Source: the human T2T-CHM13v2.0 reference genome, Homo sapiens. From it: a stretch of DNA of 64,000 bases. The position numbers and the translations under genes are program-made. The DNA lies in assembly GCF_009914755.1 (NCBI RefSeq), contig NC_060926.1. One strand, given 5' to 3'. This document shows, one piece after another, positions 16,820 to 31,843 of the stretch (positions are counted from its first letter, which is position 1; each line of letters opens with the position of its first letter). Below the pieces are notes generated by a model that was given only the letters and a program-made list of their open reading frames with translations, searched no databases and was not told the origin of the DNA.

Positions 16820-19203
16820 CAGGCGTACCTCAAAGATATGGTTTCAGTACCACAACACTGCCATAAAAGGAATATCGCAATAAAGCAAGTCACACAGATT
16901 TTCTGATTTCTAAGTGCATATAGAAGTTATGTTTACATTGTACAGTAGTCTATATGTGCAATGCTATTTTGCGTACAAAACAATGTATATACTTAATTTT
17001 AAAATACTTTATTGCTAAGAAATTCTAGTGATCATCTGAACCTCCCACGAGTCCTAAACTTTTTGCTAGTGGAGGATCTTGCCTTAACATTTATGGCAGC
17101 TGACTGATCAGGCTGGTGTTTCCTGCAGGTTGGGTTGGCTATAGCAATCTATTAAGACAAGACAACAACAAAGTTTGCCACATTGGTTGACTCTTCCTTT
17201 CATGAAAGATTTCTCTGCAGCATCCAGTGCTGTTTGATAGCATTTTACTCAGAGTACAGCACTTTTCAAAGCTGAAATCAATCCTCTCAAACCCTCCCAC
17301 AGCTTTGTCAACTAAGAGTATGGAATATTATAAGTCCTTTGTTATTATTTCAGCAATGTTCATAGCACCTTTACCGGGATTAGATTCTATCTCAAGAAAC
17401 AACTTTCTTTGCTATTCATAAGAAGGAATTTCTCATCCATTCAGTTTTCTCATGAGATTGCAGCAGTTTAGTAACATCTCCAGGTTCTACTTCTAATTCT
17501 AGTTATCTTGCTTTGTCTGCCACTTCTACAGTTACTTTCTCCACTAAAGTCTTGAATCCCTCAGAGTTATCCATAAGGATTGGAGTCAACTTTTTCTAAG
17601 TTGTTGTTCATGTTGGTATTTTAACTTCCTCCCATGAATCATGAATGTTCTTAATGACATCTGGGATGGTGACTCTTTTCCACCAGATTTTCAGTTTACT
17701 TTGCCCAGAGCCATTAGAGGAATCTATCTATGGCAGCTATAGTCTTATTAAATGTATTTCTTAAATAATAAGACTTGAAAGTCAAAATTACTTCCTGATA
17801 CATGGGCTGCAGAACCAATGTTGTATTAGCAGTCATGAAAATAGCATTAATCTCCCTGTCCATCTCCATCATAGCTCTTGGGTGACTAGGTGCATTGTTA
17901 ATGAGCGGTAATATATTGAAAATAATGTTTTTTTTTCTAAGTAGTAGGTCTCAACACTGAGCTTAAAATATTCAATATACCATGCTGTAAACAGATGTGC
18001 TACCATTCCGGATTTATTCTCCCATTTATAAAGGACAGGAAGACAGATTTAGCATAATTTTTAAGGGTCTTAGAATTTTTGTAATCTCATGCGGATTGGG
18101 TGCAACTTAAAGTCTCCAGCTGCATTAGTTTCTAATAAGAGAGCCACTCCTTTGAAGCTTTGAAGGCAGGTATTAACATCTCTTAGGCATAAAAGTTCTA
18201 GAAGTCATCTTCTAACATAAGGCTGTTTTGTTTACATTGAAAATCTGTTGTTTAGTGTAGCCACCTTCATCAATTATCTTAGCTGGGTCTTCCTGACAAC
18301 TTGCTACACCTTCTACATTAGCATTTGCTGCTTCACTTTGCACTTTTATGTTATGGAGACAGCTTCTTTCTTTCAACTTCATGAACCAACTCCTGCTAGC
18401 CTCACACATTATTTCCTGGAGCTTCCTTACTTCTCTCAGTCTTCATAGAAATGAAGAGAGTTAGTGCCTTGCTCTGAATTAAGCTTTGAATTAGGGGAAT
18501 GTTATGGCTGATTTAACTTCTATTCAGACCACTAAAACTTTCTCCATATCAACAATAAGGCTCTTTTGCTCTTTTGTCATTCATGTATTCATCGGAATAT
18601 CATTTTAAATTTTCTTCAAGAACTTTTTCTTTGCAGTCACAGCTTGGCTAACTGATGCAAGAGATCTACTTTTCAGCCTATCTCAGATTTTGAAGCACCT
18701 TCCTCACTAAGCTTAATCATGTCTAGCTTTTGATTTAAAATGAGAGACATGTGGCTCTTCCTTTCACTTGAACATTTGGAGGGTATTGTAGCGTTATTAG
18801 TTGGCTTAATTTCAATATCGTCGGTCCTAGGAAATAAAAAAAACATGATGAATGGGAGAGAGATGGGGAAATGACCAGCTGGTGGAGCAGTCAGAACACA
18901 CAAATGTATTGATTAAGTTTGCCATCTAGTATGGGTATGGTTCATAACAACCCAAAACAATTATAATAGGAACATCAAAGATAACTTATCACAGATCAGC
19001 ATAACGGATATAATAATAATGAAAAAGTTTGAAATACTGCAAGAACTATCAAAATATAACAGAGACACCAAGTGAGCGCATGCTGTTGAAAAAATGGTAC
19101 AGACAGACTTGCTGGATGCAGGGTTGCCACAAATCTTCGATTTGTAAAACTCAGTATCTGCTACATGCAAGAAAGCAAATCACAGTAAAATGAGATATGC
19201 CTG
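16820..19203 (-). mobile_element. Full-length Tigger1 DNA transposon (TcMar-Tigger) with decayed transposase
   Basis: Terminal inverted repeats caggcgtacctc / gagatatgcctg flanked by TA; about 2.4 kb; transposase remnants SKCSSERKSHMSLILNQKLDMIKLSEEG and [26 protein letters not shown]. Confidence 0.96.
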
Positions 19204-19516
19204 TATAAGATCTTACTAATTTTTGTAATGTTCAACATATTAATATAATAAAAGTGTTCAGTTTATATACGTGTATATTCATGCCCCCAGAGCATTTAAA
19301 ATTATATATAAAATAAATACTATTTAAAATGTTATTATTTACATAAGTTATATATAAAATAAATTCAATAAATACTATGACTAAAGATACATTTCTGATT
19401 ATATCTTATTTATATTCAGTTATATTCATAAATGTTATGTTCATCCATTTGTTAAAAAATAACACTTTTTTGTTATTCTGGCTTTTAGTTCAAGAACTTC
19501 CATTTTTAATTCTTAC

Positions 19517-19622
19517 CTGTAAATTATGGGATAGACTACTTTTAGGTATGAGTCTTCTAGTTTTGAGAGTCAATCTAGTTCCAGAGAAGATTGTTGTGAC
19601 AAATGTTATAACTAACCATACC
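19517..19622 (-). pseudogene. Fossil exon candidate (106 nt, VWLVITFVTTIFSGTRLTLKTRRLIPKSSLSHNLQ)
   Basis: attttatcag|GGTATG...TTTACAG|gtaaga; one frame is fully open. Confidence 0.5.
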
Positions 19623-20129
19623 CTGATAAAATATATGAGCTCTTAATACAAAGTGAAAACCTAAGGAGCTTCCAGGCAAAAGAAAAAATTGTCTATAAAT
19701 TTAAAACATGTTTGTGAGTTCCAGTGTCTTCAATATTAGAAGACAGAAGACAATGGAATAGCAGCTACAGACTATTAATATTAAAGGACTACAAGTCAGT
19801 CTTGTATCCTCCGTAATAAATGGCATCATCTGCCACAGTTTCTAGTCCCCAACCTAGGAGGTATTGTTGAATTATCTTTTTTCCTTAATACCCATATCTA
19901 AACTATACATTCATTCAACAAACATTTATAAACTGTTATATTTTTTACTTTTATGGAGCTTATGTATTTCTTGTGTGTGTAAATTTTGGTCACTCTAAAA
20001 CCAAAATTATAATTCAATCCCTATCCACAGCTACCATTCCAGCTATGTCACAATTCTCTTTGGTTTGGGTAACAGCAATAGCCTCTTCCATAGGCTTTTT
20101 ATTCTTTCATTATTATAAAAATTCCTCTG

Positions 20130-20690
20130 TGTCATTTTTGGATCATGATACTCAACTGCTTGAAGTATTCTGCTAAATTTCTGTTTTACTTAAAATCTAA
20201 ACTCTTTATTTAACTCTTCAGTGTCCTTTGTAATCTCACCCCTTACCTTTCCAAAAACACTTTGAACCTACCTCTGTCAACTTTAGTCACTGACCTGAAA
20301 GTTCACAGGCCCTTGCATTTCTAAAACAATTCAAAAAATTTATTTTTTCTGCCTTGACATTTGCGTTGGCAGTTCCCTCTGCCTGGATGCTTTGCTATAT
20401 GGCTGGTTCTCTCTTGCATTTCACTTCTAAGCGAAAACGTTGATGATCCAATGAAGACTCCTTGACCAATTACCAGGCCTTCCATCCTCTCATATGTACT
20501 TTTTTCATAGCACTTAGCATTAAACTTAATTTTTAAAATAATACATGTATTTGTTGATTGTCTTCCCATCACCATCTCCCACCATATATATTAGAATACA
20601 CATTCTACAAGATCAGAAACCTCGTTTTCTTGTTGCTGGATCCATATCTAGGACCTAGAAAAATGTCTGACATAGCATTATTGAAAGAAT
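20130..20690 (+). mobile_element. L2 fragment
   Basis: L2 3'-region hallmarks such as gttccctctgcctggatgctt and ggacctagaaaaatgtctgacatag. Confidence 0.6.
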
Positions 20691-20772
20691 AAACACAACT
20701 TTCATTTTAGGATTGAATATTAAACTGATTCCATTTAGAAGTTTAGAGTCACAAGGATAATTTCAAGAGCAC

Positions 20773-20973
20773 CTGGAAATGTACTAGTTCCTTTTCAATG
20801 TCAACTGAAGAAGAAAAGAATTCTGAAAGAATCTGACCTCATAAGCTTCCAAGTATTAGGTATTTTTTAAACACTTGAGACTCGTTAGTTGATATTCTTT
20901 TTCACATAATGGCTCTTTGTCTCTAAACTTTCTTGTAATTCCATCTCTCTTGAGGTCACTAGAGGACTTCAAC
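20773..20973 (-). pseudogene. Fossil exon candidate with an RGS-like motif (QVFKKYLILGSL*GQILSEFFSSSVDIEK)
   Basis: Two overlapping long open stretches; the motif resembles the RGS22 pattern 'FKDF.KGTLGE..W.W.DIE' as I remember it; splice boundaries are weak. Confidence 0.35.
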
Positions 20974-22380
20974 CTAAGTAGGATATTATACTAACCTCAA
21001 CCAAAACCCCACAATTTAATGTGGAAATATCTAACCACAATAAACTATTTGGATAGAAAGAAACAAACTTGAACTTACTGTTAGATGATCTTATTTATCC
21101 TGTCTCAGGGAAGCAGCTATTTTTTTATGAGTTAAAGATAAAATGAATGTTAAAGTTACCACTTACGTATGAAAGTGGATAGCTTTTATTTTCAACTCAC
21201 ATTACCTGTCATTCACTAGTCATATATGATTTTAAGATGATGACTTTTGTGATAGTGTCCCTAATGCTTAAAACATTACAACTGTATGTTTCATAAATGC
21301 TAGCAAGAAAGTAAAGTTTAAATAAGTTAATGGGTGAAATGAGAAAAGCGACCTAACTTCAGAGGGGTTCAGAAAAATGAACACAGAGTAAGCACTAAAT
21401 AGTTTGCAAAACCATATTGCCAAATGCATATTAGATAACATTTTGCTTCTCACTGATTTTGATGAGCAAACTTACTGGGCAAATAATTCAAATTCTAATC
21501 AATTCTGTGTAATCACCAAAAAGCATATGTCTTAAAATATATAAATATTGAACAACATAGGAAGACTCTGTCTCTAAGAAAGAAAAAAAAATAAATTGAC
21601 CAGGCATGGTCGCACACGCCTGACTGTGTGTGTGTGTGTATGCACACACACGTATAGAATAATCAAAAGTAGAAATTCATCATTTTTCTTTCTTTTACTT
21701 TCACCATGTCATTTTTTGATAATAGAAAACAACCAAGATAGAATCTGGCTTAAATTAAATTAATCAAAGTCCTATTATAAAATGAAATTCAGAAATAACA
21801 TAAAATACTTATAATTGCCTTTGCCTGTATGTGTAGGTGGGTGTGCATATGATTTCTTGACTGTTACATAAAGGAAAATAAAACAAGAGTAATTTAAAAT
21901 AAAATAATAGTATATTAGAAGAAACAAAGAATATAATTTTATTCTTAAAAAAATTATAGTGAATGTGATACAGTTATAAATGCAGACTGCTGCAAGTACA
22001 TTGTATTTGTAAATTGATTTCCATATGCAGTTTCTGATGAACAATTTTTAGTAATGACTCCTAATAACAGCAACAAAAAGGACTATTCTTAGTTTTATTC
22101 TTAGAAATTTTAATGAATTTTAAAATCTTGCAAACATAATTTGTGTTAATTTCTAAGATAAAGTTGTATTTTGATACATGTCACTATTATCAAATATTTC
22201 ACTTTAATGACTGGCATTAGGATAACTCAAAGTCTTATTGGATATTCAATTATAATCTTTATTTTTTGAGATTGTTCTATTATTTGTAGGATGTCTGACG
22301 TGTTTGTCCCTTTGCCAATAAGTTTCCCTATCTTTATAATAACAACCAAAACCAAACATTGTGACACCATTGAACTGTAA

Positions 22381-22580
22381 CAAGTGTTGGCAAACTACAG
22401 CCTGCTGTGCCAAATATGGCCTATAGCCTATTTTTTTGTGTGGCCCATGAACTAAGAATGGATTTTACATTTGTAAAGGGTTGAATAAAGAAAAGAAAAG
22501 AAGGGAAAAGAAGAAACGAACAAATGAAAAAGACTTTGCAACAGAGACACAGAAAATTATGTTTGTTTACCCCACACTTA
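22381..22580 (+). mobile_element. MER58B-like hAT DNA transposon fragment
   Basis: caagtgttggcaaactacagcctg...gccaaat...ggcccatgaactaagaatggattttacattt. Confidence 0.7.
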
Positions 22581-22950
22581 AATGTATGTTCCATGATGGT
22601 ATATACTTTATCCATCTTGTTCACCAGTATAGGGTTAGAAATAGTCCCAAAACATAAAAGGTACATAATAAATATTTGCATAAAGGAAGAAAGAGATGAG
22701 CTATCATGAGAGTCAAACTGTAAAATATTAACATTGAAAGGAAATTGGGGATCAAATTAAAGATGGCCAACAGGATCAAAATGATTAATTTATCAAAAAT
22801 TCTTGGGACCAAAATGCTGTTACCTATTTTATGTGAAATTTTCAGTAACCTGTCTACTGAATTGCATACGTAAGACTGCCTATATAATTGAGCACATCTT
22901 AATTTATTTTACTTTTTCTAACTGACCATGTGATATGTTGAGATGCAAAC

Positions 22951-23279
22951 TGTATTAGTCCATTTTCACACTGCTATAAAGAACTACCTGAGACTGGGTA
23001 ATTTAAAAGAAAAGAGGTGTAATTGACTCCTCAGGAAACTTACAATTGTGGCAGAAGGGGAAACAAAATACATCTTACCATGGCAAGGCAGGAGAGAAAG
23101 AGAAGAAAGCTATACACTTTAAACCATCAGATCTTGTGAGAACTCACTCACTATCATGAGAACAGCATAGAGGAAACAGCCCCTGTGATCTAATCACCTC
23201 CTACTAGGTCCCTTCTTTGACACATGGGCTTACAATTTGAGGTAAGATTTGGTTGGGGACACATATCACAAACTATGTA
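22951..23279 (-). mobile_element. Solo MaLR LTR (THE1D/MST type)
   Basis: tgtattagtccattttcacactgctataaagaactacctgagactggg...gagaactcactcactatcatgagaacagc...gatttggttggggacac. Confidence 0.9.
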
Positions 23280-24976
23280 AAAATCATGTGAGCAAGTAGC
23301 AGGTGGATTCATATTAAAATATTCAATTATTATTTTAAAGAAATACTCATGACAATACAACTCAAATATTTCTACTATCTCACCTTTATTGAACCCATTA
23401 TGTTCCATTATAATTGACATTTTAAATATACAAATATAGTCATCACTAAATATTCAAAATGTATTAAATGGTAATGTGCAAGAAAGTTGCATTAATTGTG
23501 TGTGTGTATGTGCATGCATGTGTTTGTGTTTGAGTGATGTGTGTTTGTCAATGTATGTGTATTTGGCCAACAAAGTATTCTTTATATGTGTATGTGAAAG
23601 CAGAAACTCTTTTGGTTAAGACAAATGTATTTTAAATGGATCTTCAGCTATTCTAAAACTTGCTTTTGTGATTTTATTGAACTCTATCACGTTTATTTAC
23701 ATATCCAACTCTGTATAGTAATTTTATATGCAGCTTTTAGTAGCTCATACATATTCTGAATAGTGAAAATTGTAGGGTGAGTTTATTTGGTATATTTATT
23801 CTTCCATTCTCCAAAAGAAGATAATGCTTGACTGTATAGAATTGTGGATTTATTTGGACATTATAAGTGAGTGTACCAAAGCAAGAGATTACTTAATAGA
23901 AAAAGTGTTTTTGAAATTATTTGCCCAGTGAATACCGAAGCAACTGTTTAATATTTTTTAATGTATTTAAAGTCTTTGGTGCCTAGTGAACAAATACGAT
24001 ATTGATTATGCCACTTACTGAAATTGCTGATCTTTAATTGTGTTGTTACATCCAGGAATAACCTTTATCAAAGACTATTTGCTTGCAGTGGTTTCCTAAA
24101 CTCTTCTTCTTTCAAAGTATATCATACGTTATTCTTCATTTTTACTTTGCTTAGAAATGTTGCATATACAACTCTATTATCAGTAGACTGCACTATTATG
24201 ATTGAAGTCCCCCATACAATAAAATTAACCCTTTCTTTACAGAGTTTTGTTGACTTGATCTAGCATTTACATCAAATAGAAACTGTGAAGACTAAACAAT
24301 ATGCTTTTATTTATTATTTTAACAAATGCCAAAACCCTCTGTTCTAACCTAAATTTTAGTATCATTTCATGAAAAACAAGCTATATTCGTTGCATTGTTT
24401 TTGTATTAATGTGATATAATATCATTAACATTTTTAACAGTATTAATATTATCACTGTTATTAACAATATTAACATTAGGAATAGGGTAATTTCAGTAAC
24501 ACTCATAGAAACTTTAACATTTTAAATTGATTGAAAAAAGTGTTTTAGGTATGTTATTGACATGGTCATTCAAAAATAACTTAATTTTCTCTTTATTTAT
24601 TCACAAAATGTTGGAAGAGCCTTGGATGATATTGAAAACAAAAATATTCAAATATCACTAACCATGTTTTTCATAACTCAGATTCATACTGGCATGGGGT
24701 GAAACAAAAATAAAACTATTAGATATTCCACAAAAGAAAAGTTAGCAAGTGATTTAACACATTTGAGAAATATTGTAAGTATAGTCCCCTCACCGTTTTA
24801 TTATTTAATTCTAAAGATACCTTTCTGTTTTCTGAATTACCTTAAAACCAAAAACCTAGCATTCACTTTAAGCAATCCTGGATAATTTGATAAAAATCAT
24901 TTTCTCCGATATAACAAAATTACATAAATAAGTTACCATTGCAATTGATTTTTGTAGTATTTTAATAAAAACTTAC

Positions 24977-25016
24977 CTGAAAATCTTATTGATAAAGCTA
25001 TTTTCAGAAAATGAAA
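24977..25016 (-). pseudogene. Fossil exon candidate (40 nt, FHFLKIALSIRFS)
   Basis: tttatttcaaacag|TTTCAT...TTTCAG|gtaagt (consensus donor); open frame. Confidence 0.45.
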
Positions 25017-25423
25017 CTGTTTGAAATAAACATTAAACATTTGTATGACTTAAGAAGTGAGAAGCCTTTGTATTTCATGTATTTTTTTCACACTTAAATT
25101 TGTATTCAGGAAAAGGAAATACATGGTAGCTTAGAATGGCCCAAATAACTGACATGTATTGATTTCTTTGTGAATTTTATTTTGAATATGATTGTCAATT
25201 AGCATTCTATATGTCATTGGACTGAATTCCATCTCATTGTTTAAGAATAATATGAGAAAGTTCTCACTAGTCTCTCTAGAAATTAGGAGTGGGGAATGAG
25301 GTACAGGAGATCAAATAAACAATTTTTTTTATTTATCTGCTCACATTTTTATTAATTTAATGTCTATATTTCCATTCGTTTATTTTCAATAAATTATCCA
25401 GATATAGTTCAGCCATCTCTTAC

Positions 25424-25562
25424 CTTCTTTCCCTCTCTGTGGAACAAGTTCATTACAAATTCTGTTGACTGAAATGAGCAAAAAGTCTGCTTAATGTTTT
25501 CTTCCTTTGACATAAAGAAGTCTTTACATTTTTCACAAAATATTACTTTGAATCATAAAAAT
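25424..25562 (-). pseudogene. Fossil exon candidate (139 nt, KVIFCEKCKDFFMSKEENIKQTFCSFQSTEFVMNLFHREGKK)
   Basis: atatttag|...GAAAGAAG|gtaaga; more than 40 open codons ending in phase 0, compatible with 24977-25016. Confidence 0.45.
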
Positions 25563-26858
25563 CTAAATATTACATATTTTATATATAGATATAATATCAA
25601 ATAATTACTTCTATTTTACATACAGCAAAACACTATACTATTATGAATATTAGAAGTCAGAAATGTATTTGCAATTCATGCATTAAAACCAAATTATCAA
25701 GAGAGGGAAAACTTGAAACAACTTGAAACTAAAAAAATACAACAAAGAAATCTGCAACTATAAATGTTTAAATTCATAGTCTTGGGATATTTATAGCAAA
25801 CAAGGAACTAATAGAATAAAAAGAGGCAGTGGACCTTGTATAACTGACTGTGAAAATGCCTAATCAAAAAAATTCATCACTAATAAAATTGTGAAAATGA
25901 AACATTTCAATGTATACAAATGTAGAGATATACATATTATAGTAGCACAACTCTTTGACAAGCATGCAATTTTGGCATAGGATTATTCATAATACAGAGC
26001 CATTAAAATGAGTCATTTTAAATGACATTTAAAACATTAAAATTTTTTTCCCTAAAATAATACACAGGAAACATTGCATAGCATTATACTGCTAAAGAAA
26101 TTACACTCCATCAGAAAAAAATGCCATGAGACAAAAATTGCAGAGCTAGTTGTCATTTGGTATTTCTAAAAGAGGGTACATAATGGAAATAGGTATTATA
26201 TATAGATTAAAGAGCAAAGTGTTCTATTAATGTAAACTTCATAGTAATATACATACATAAAAGTATATTAAACTCATTTTGCTTTATATGATTATTTTTA
26301 AATATGCACATAATTTAGTGCATTATATTATTTATGATTCTTTCTACTCTTTGTTAGAATGAATAACTGTTTCCCATGGAACTATATTAAAATTAAATTA
26401 TATATATATAATAAATACTATCACTGGAGAAGAGTAGCTGCTTTTGCCTTATAATTCTTCCAAAGAATATTGTGTTTGATTGACATTCTCTATAGCAATT
26501 GTTTTCAAGCACTGCAAATATTGAAATAATCAATTAATGTGATTTTGTGGTTAGCCACTGAAATAAATTTTAAATTATGAGGACATATTATTTAGACGAT
26601 AAAAAAATTCGTTTGACAACCATTTGACCTCCAAAGGACATTACTTTAAGAAGCATATCATTTATTTGATAACTGGCAAAAGCACTTAATAAGAATAAGC
26701 TCTACCATGAAGAACTGCCAAATTGTTTAAAACACTATGCACCTAGAGAAAACTGAGCAATCTTATTGAACAGAATAGAAAACACATAAGTAAATCATTG
26801 AGTGTTTTAATAAAAATTTAAAAACAGAAAAACCAATGAGACAAATTATCTTCCCTAC

Positions 26859-26960
26859 ATTCTTCACCCGATTCAGATACAAATCAGCAATAGAGGCCTA
26901 ATCACTAATTGTTTCCTCGAAGAGATGTAGGTCTTGTCTTCTTCTTTCTGTCTGTGTCAG
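26859..26960 (-). pseudogene. Fossil exon candidate (102 nt, LTQTERRRQDLHLFEETISD*ASIADLYLNRVKN)
   Basis: Strong acceptor gtttggtttgttttttag|CTGACA, donor GAAT|gtaggg; phase 0-0 with a single TAG. Confidence 0.5.
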
Positions 26961-29358
26961 CTAAAAAACAAACCAAACAACAACAAAGAAGAAGATGTGG
27001 TAAATAAGCCAAGACTCTGGCCATTGTAGATTCTATGAGATAATATATATTTTGTTGGATGCCTTATAATGACTTTTGGCAGGGTTTTCTATTTATTTAT
27101 TATATCCTACCCACCTATACTTTGAAACTAATAAATATATCCAATATAAGTGCAAGTCAAGCAAACTAGAGAGGGATAAATGTTAAATTAATTTAAAAAT
27201 ACTGAAAAATCTCATTTTTTTCTGAAATTATTAAAATTAAAAGATCCACTACTGGGAAAACTGAATCGTATATTGGGCTTTGGAAAATACTTAAGTACAG
27301 TTATTTTCAAAATTATTTTCATGTGCATGATATATACCATATTATATCATACTCATTACATATGTCATCTCAAAATCTGAAAATGAAGCCTTCTCTGTTC
27401 TCTTTCTCACTCAAATTAATTGCTCCCTGTGTCTTAGTAGAGGCCTTTGTTGACAGCTGTTTTACAGCACTGAACAAAGACTTTCATATATTTGAGTCAT
27501 TTATGTATATATGAGTCTCCCCAAATGCTTCTTCAACTATAGAGCCCTCAGTTTCTAGGACAGAGCTCAGCATCTAACAGATGCATTATGAATGTGAATT
27601 TAGTTAGATTCCAGCCACCTAAATTGAGTTGAAATCAGATAGTAAAAGGTTCCAAGTGCAGTGGGAAAATTTGCAGAGATTAAGCATTGGGACTGAATTT
27701 GAAGTAAAAAGCATAAAAGACATTTATAATACCAGCTGGAGATGAGAACTTATCACAGAAGAGATACTTAAGCACAGAGAAAAGAATATTAAATGACAAA
27801 GAAATATAATTGCTTCCTGGGCCTATTTATAAAGACAATAGCTCTATTATCATGAACAAATGAAAATTTTCAAATGTTTCACTCTTTTAAAATGGTAATA
27901 ATATTTATCTTGTAAATATGAGTCCAAAATGTAAAAATTATATGTTAACATATTTATTGTGATATAAAGGGAATTCCCATGTGAAATGCTATTACTGTTG
28001 CCTATCTTAATGTAATGTATAATTAGAAATAGTTATAAAAATAGTATACTGAAAAAAATATTCATTCAATAAACACTATATGCCAGGCACTGTTGTAGAT
28101 GATGAAGATTTAAGAGGGAAAGAAAGAGACAAGCATCTTTGCTCTTACTACTTTTTAGTTAATAATGTACACAATTCAGTACTCTTGCCTGTTTTTGAGC
28201 AAACACACAAAAAATTAAACTTTAGGTCTATAACAGCTTAATTCCACTCATATACATCTATTGAGAGGCATTCCTGAAAGATATTACTGTAATATTGAAT
28301 GAGCAGAAAGGAGGTTCAGAAATAATTTTTTTTTTAAATATTCCTCCTGATAAAAACTTCTTTGTAGTCTAAGTAACCTTAGTTTCTCAATTCTAAATTG
28401 TTAAACTTTCCATTTGATCTTTCTCTAAATGACTATGCATGTCCTTTGTCTAAGGAGTAATCATTTCTAGCCTAGGCAAACATTGCCTTCTCAGTGCCAT
28501 TTGATCATGCAAATCTGGCAGCAGAGGAATATTTATACTGAATATGCAGAAGACTTTCAAATCTTTGAAAAGTGAAAGTTTTGAAAATAAGTAAAAAATT
28601 TAAAATTAAAAAAAGGTAGCTAATGAATATTGGAGTGCAATTACAACTAAAAGACAATTTCAAATAGCCAAATATGAAACAATTAATAAAAGTCAATTAT
28701 TTATCAAATAAGTACTATGTAATATTAATAGGTTTCAACATTCATACTGAATATTCTAAAGCATTCAAAAAAATTATGATGTGTTTAATCCTAACTCAAA
28801 AGACATAAACAATTTTCATAGATAGGAATAAAAACTATCTTACTTTAAAAAAATTTGCATAAATAACAATTTGAAATTAAATACATATGGATTGTCATAA
28901 AATATAACAAAGTTTTATTATATTTTCTAGAAGAGAAAAAGAAAAGATTGTTGTTGGTAGAGGAGAGCAGCTGTAAGGGAGTTATTCTTTGGAAGGACAT
29001 TCTTTCTACAGCCCTTTTTTATTAATATTAAAAAACTTTGTAGACTTATTATTTTTCACTAAAATTATACTTAAAAAGTTACAGCACAAGAAAATAACCT
29101 GTTGCATAAAACAAAATCTAAAGATAAGCATGCTTTAAGCCGTGTGAACATGGCATAAATGCTATTTCACTCTGAAGTGTCGTATTACATTAGTATTTGC
29201 AGCTTGGATATGTACACAAAGCAACAAGCTGGAAAATCCAAATTTCTTCCCTATGATATATTCTGACTAAAAATTATGGTTGAGTGAAGTGGAGAGGATA
29301 TCTTTGCCTAAAACAGTAATATCAAAACATCGCATATTTATTTATTTAGTGTTTTTAC

Positions 29359-29751
29359 GTGAAAAACATTACACAAAGAAACGTTCTCATTATCTGAAAG
29401 TTGGCACAACTTTTCACGAACTGCAATGAATGAAAAGTCGTAACAGAGGAGTCAGTGTGTGCTCTAAGTCTTTAGTCCATGACCCTTGGGAAGAGCAGCA
29501 TGTTTGGCCTGGGGACTGCCTGAGAAGTTAGAAAAAGACTTTGCAGGACATCTCTTGGAATGCCTTTTACCTTGGAGTTCCAGGAGCATAAATATTTATT
29601 ACTTTTAGAAATTTTGTAATACCAGACAGAGAAACAACATAACTTATAGGTATATTACCAGCTAATTATTCACATCTACTACAAAAGGAAAAGCCCCTCA
29701 TTAGGTAGATTATCACCTCATATTCTCCCCACTAGCTGCTGTTTGGCTTAA
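29359..29751 (-). pseudogene. Fossil exon candidate (…KSNKYLCSWNSKVKGIPRDVLQSLF…LLRLFIHC)
   Basis: Acceptor cttttacatttgatcag; long open stretch; KYL..NS...IP..V and LLRLFIHC resemble RGS22/RGSL1 domain motifs; donor uncertain. Confidence 0.35.
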
Positions 29752-30819
29752 CTGATCAAATGTAAAAGTATGTATTTAGGAAAACAAACTAAAGAAAAAC
29801 TTTAGAGATAAGTTTTTCAAATTATTTATTATAATGTAAAATATAATATGAATGTACTTTTTTAGAATAAAGTAGTCTTGAATGAGAAAAAATTCTGCCA
29901 TGACAATGATTGAGAAATTCTTAAAAGTAATTATCCTTAAATGTTTACAGCAAAATTTTAGACTTTAATACACATCCCATAAATTTTAAAACTTTCTGAA
30001 AAAAAATTACTTAAAATATAATCCCTAACACTTTCAGAATATAACACATTAAAACTGACTTGTACCTGAGAGAACTTACAACATTTCATTCAATTTTATT
30101 AATAGGCAAGACAACATCAACACTACATATGAAGCCTAAGTTTTAATCAAATATAAACTCATAGATCAAAATATATACAACTGGAGAATTAATATAATCT
30201 AGATAATAAAAGAAAACAAAACTCAGAAATAATTGGTTGAAAATATTAGCTTTCTGAACTGTCAAGTATCATTTTTGGTAAGAAATCTCTATTGCAAAAC
30301 AAACTTAAAAAGAGAAAACTATCTGACTAGAACAATTGGTAAATTTTTGAAAAAATTTACCAACATTTTTACCTCAGAAATACTACATGGAATATAAGAT
30401 TTGTTGGAGTTTCACTTGAATTTTCCAAAACACAAATTCAAAATTTATATAAATTATCTTGGAACACACTTTTTTTAAAGAAAACATGTTGGGGAAAAAA
30501 CTGACAAAACTCCAGAGAAAAATAAAATTATTCTTCAACTTATTAAGGAGCATGATGTGATTATTTCAAGTAAATAATAATACATATAAATAAGCATTCA
30601 ATAAATTTAAGTTATTGAACAAAAATCTTCAAAAGGCTACAGTTGATATGCACATCCTCTTAAGAAACCTAATAATATTATTAAGAAAGATAAGATTCAT
30701 ATTAAAATAGCTCAAGCAAAAACATCATAGTTCCAAAAACAGCCAAAGAGAAAGTTTCATTGTGCCAAGTCTTAGATCAGAGAAAAGATCAACCTAAGAT
30801 ATTGCTCTTCCAGAACTCT

Positions 30820-31295
30820 GCTCTTTCTAGGTTGTTGATAAAATGATAATTATAATAAGCAATGGATGTGTGTGATGGAAAGATGCCATTAGACACAAGC
30901 AAAGGTTACAGGTTTCTTCACATAGATGGCCAGAGGAAGCATAAGACAAAGCTGTGGCAGTGTTGATAGTTACTTGGTCAAGTCAATCTGTCCCACAGCT
31001 GCTGATATTACCAATTGATGGGGGCAAGATTCCCGTAAAATTCAGAGGGATTTTTAATATACCTAGCCTATGGTTCTGTTCAGATACTTTTAAATAACTG
31101 GCAAACATTCTAGCACATAGCAAAATGGTATTTGCACTGACACTGGCTAGATCAAAAGTCCATTTCCCAATTTCTCATTCATAGCAAGTACGTACCATAT
31201 TCTGGCAAATCAACCTGGTCACACTTCCACTCCTATTGTGAGAAGCTGGGTTATCACGTAAGTTTACTTTCAGCATACTGTTACCAATATCAGAT
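30820..31295 (-). pseudogene. Large fossil exon candidate (SDIGNSMLKVNLRDNPASHNRSGSVTRLICQNMVRTCYE*EIGKW…)
   Basis: Very strong acceptor (t)12cctttgaag|ATCTGA; about 155 codons in one frame with only two TGA stops, unusual for AT-rich DNA; 3' boundary uncertain. Confidence 0.55.
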
Positions 31296-31843
31296 CTTCA
31301 AAGGAAAAAAAAAAAAGAAGGAGGAGGAGGAGAAGAATGAGAAAAAGGAAAAGAAACAGGAAATTATATTAAGAATGAAACTGTCAAAATAGCAAATGAT
31401 TCTAAACTTTCTAAGATTACAAAAAGAGAATAAAATAAGAAGCAGAGTAAAAAAAAAAGAAAGCATAGTCAAAAAGGCAGAATACAAGTTAAATGCGGGT
31501 AAATGCAAGGTAATTCGTTAAGAAATAAATATTCAAAATATTATGAACAAAACATAAGTTTTTGAAATTTATTTATATCCCAAGATAAGAACATTAGAAA
31601 CCATGTAAATCATTCCATAAAATTCTAAAACTTACATAAAATTGTCATGTCTTTAAAGATAACATGTAATGATTCTATTTTGTCAATTTGAAATTAAAAA
31701 TGTTCTTTCATAGACTTTAACATATTTTATTGTCAAAAACAATTTATCAACCTTATCTCAGAGCTTACCTTCTCTATGTAAGACACAATTAGATGCTTTT
31801 TTAGACCAATGCTAATATACAGTTGTCAAAGAACTGCAAAATA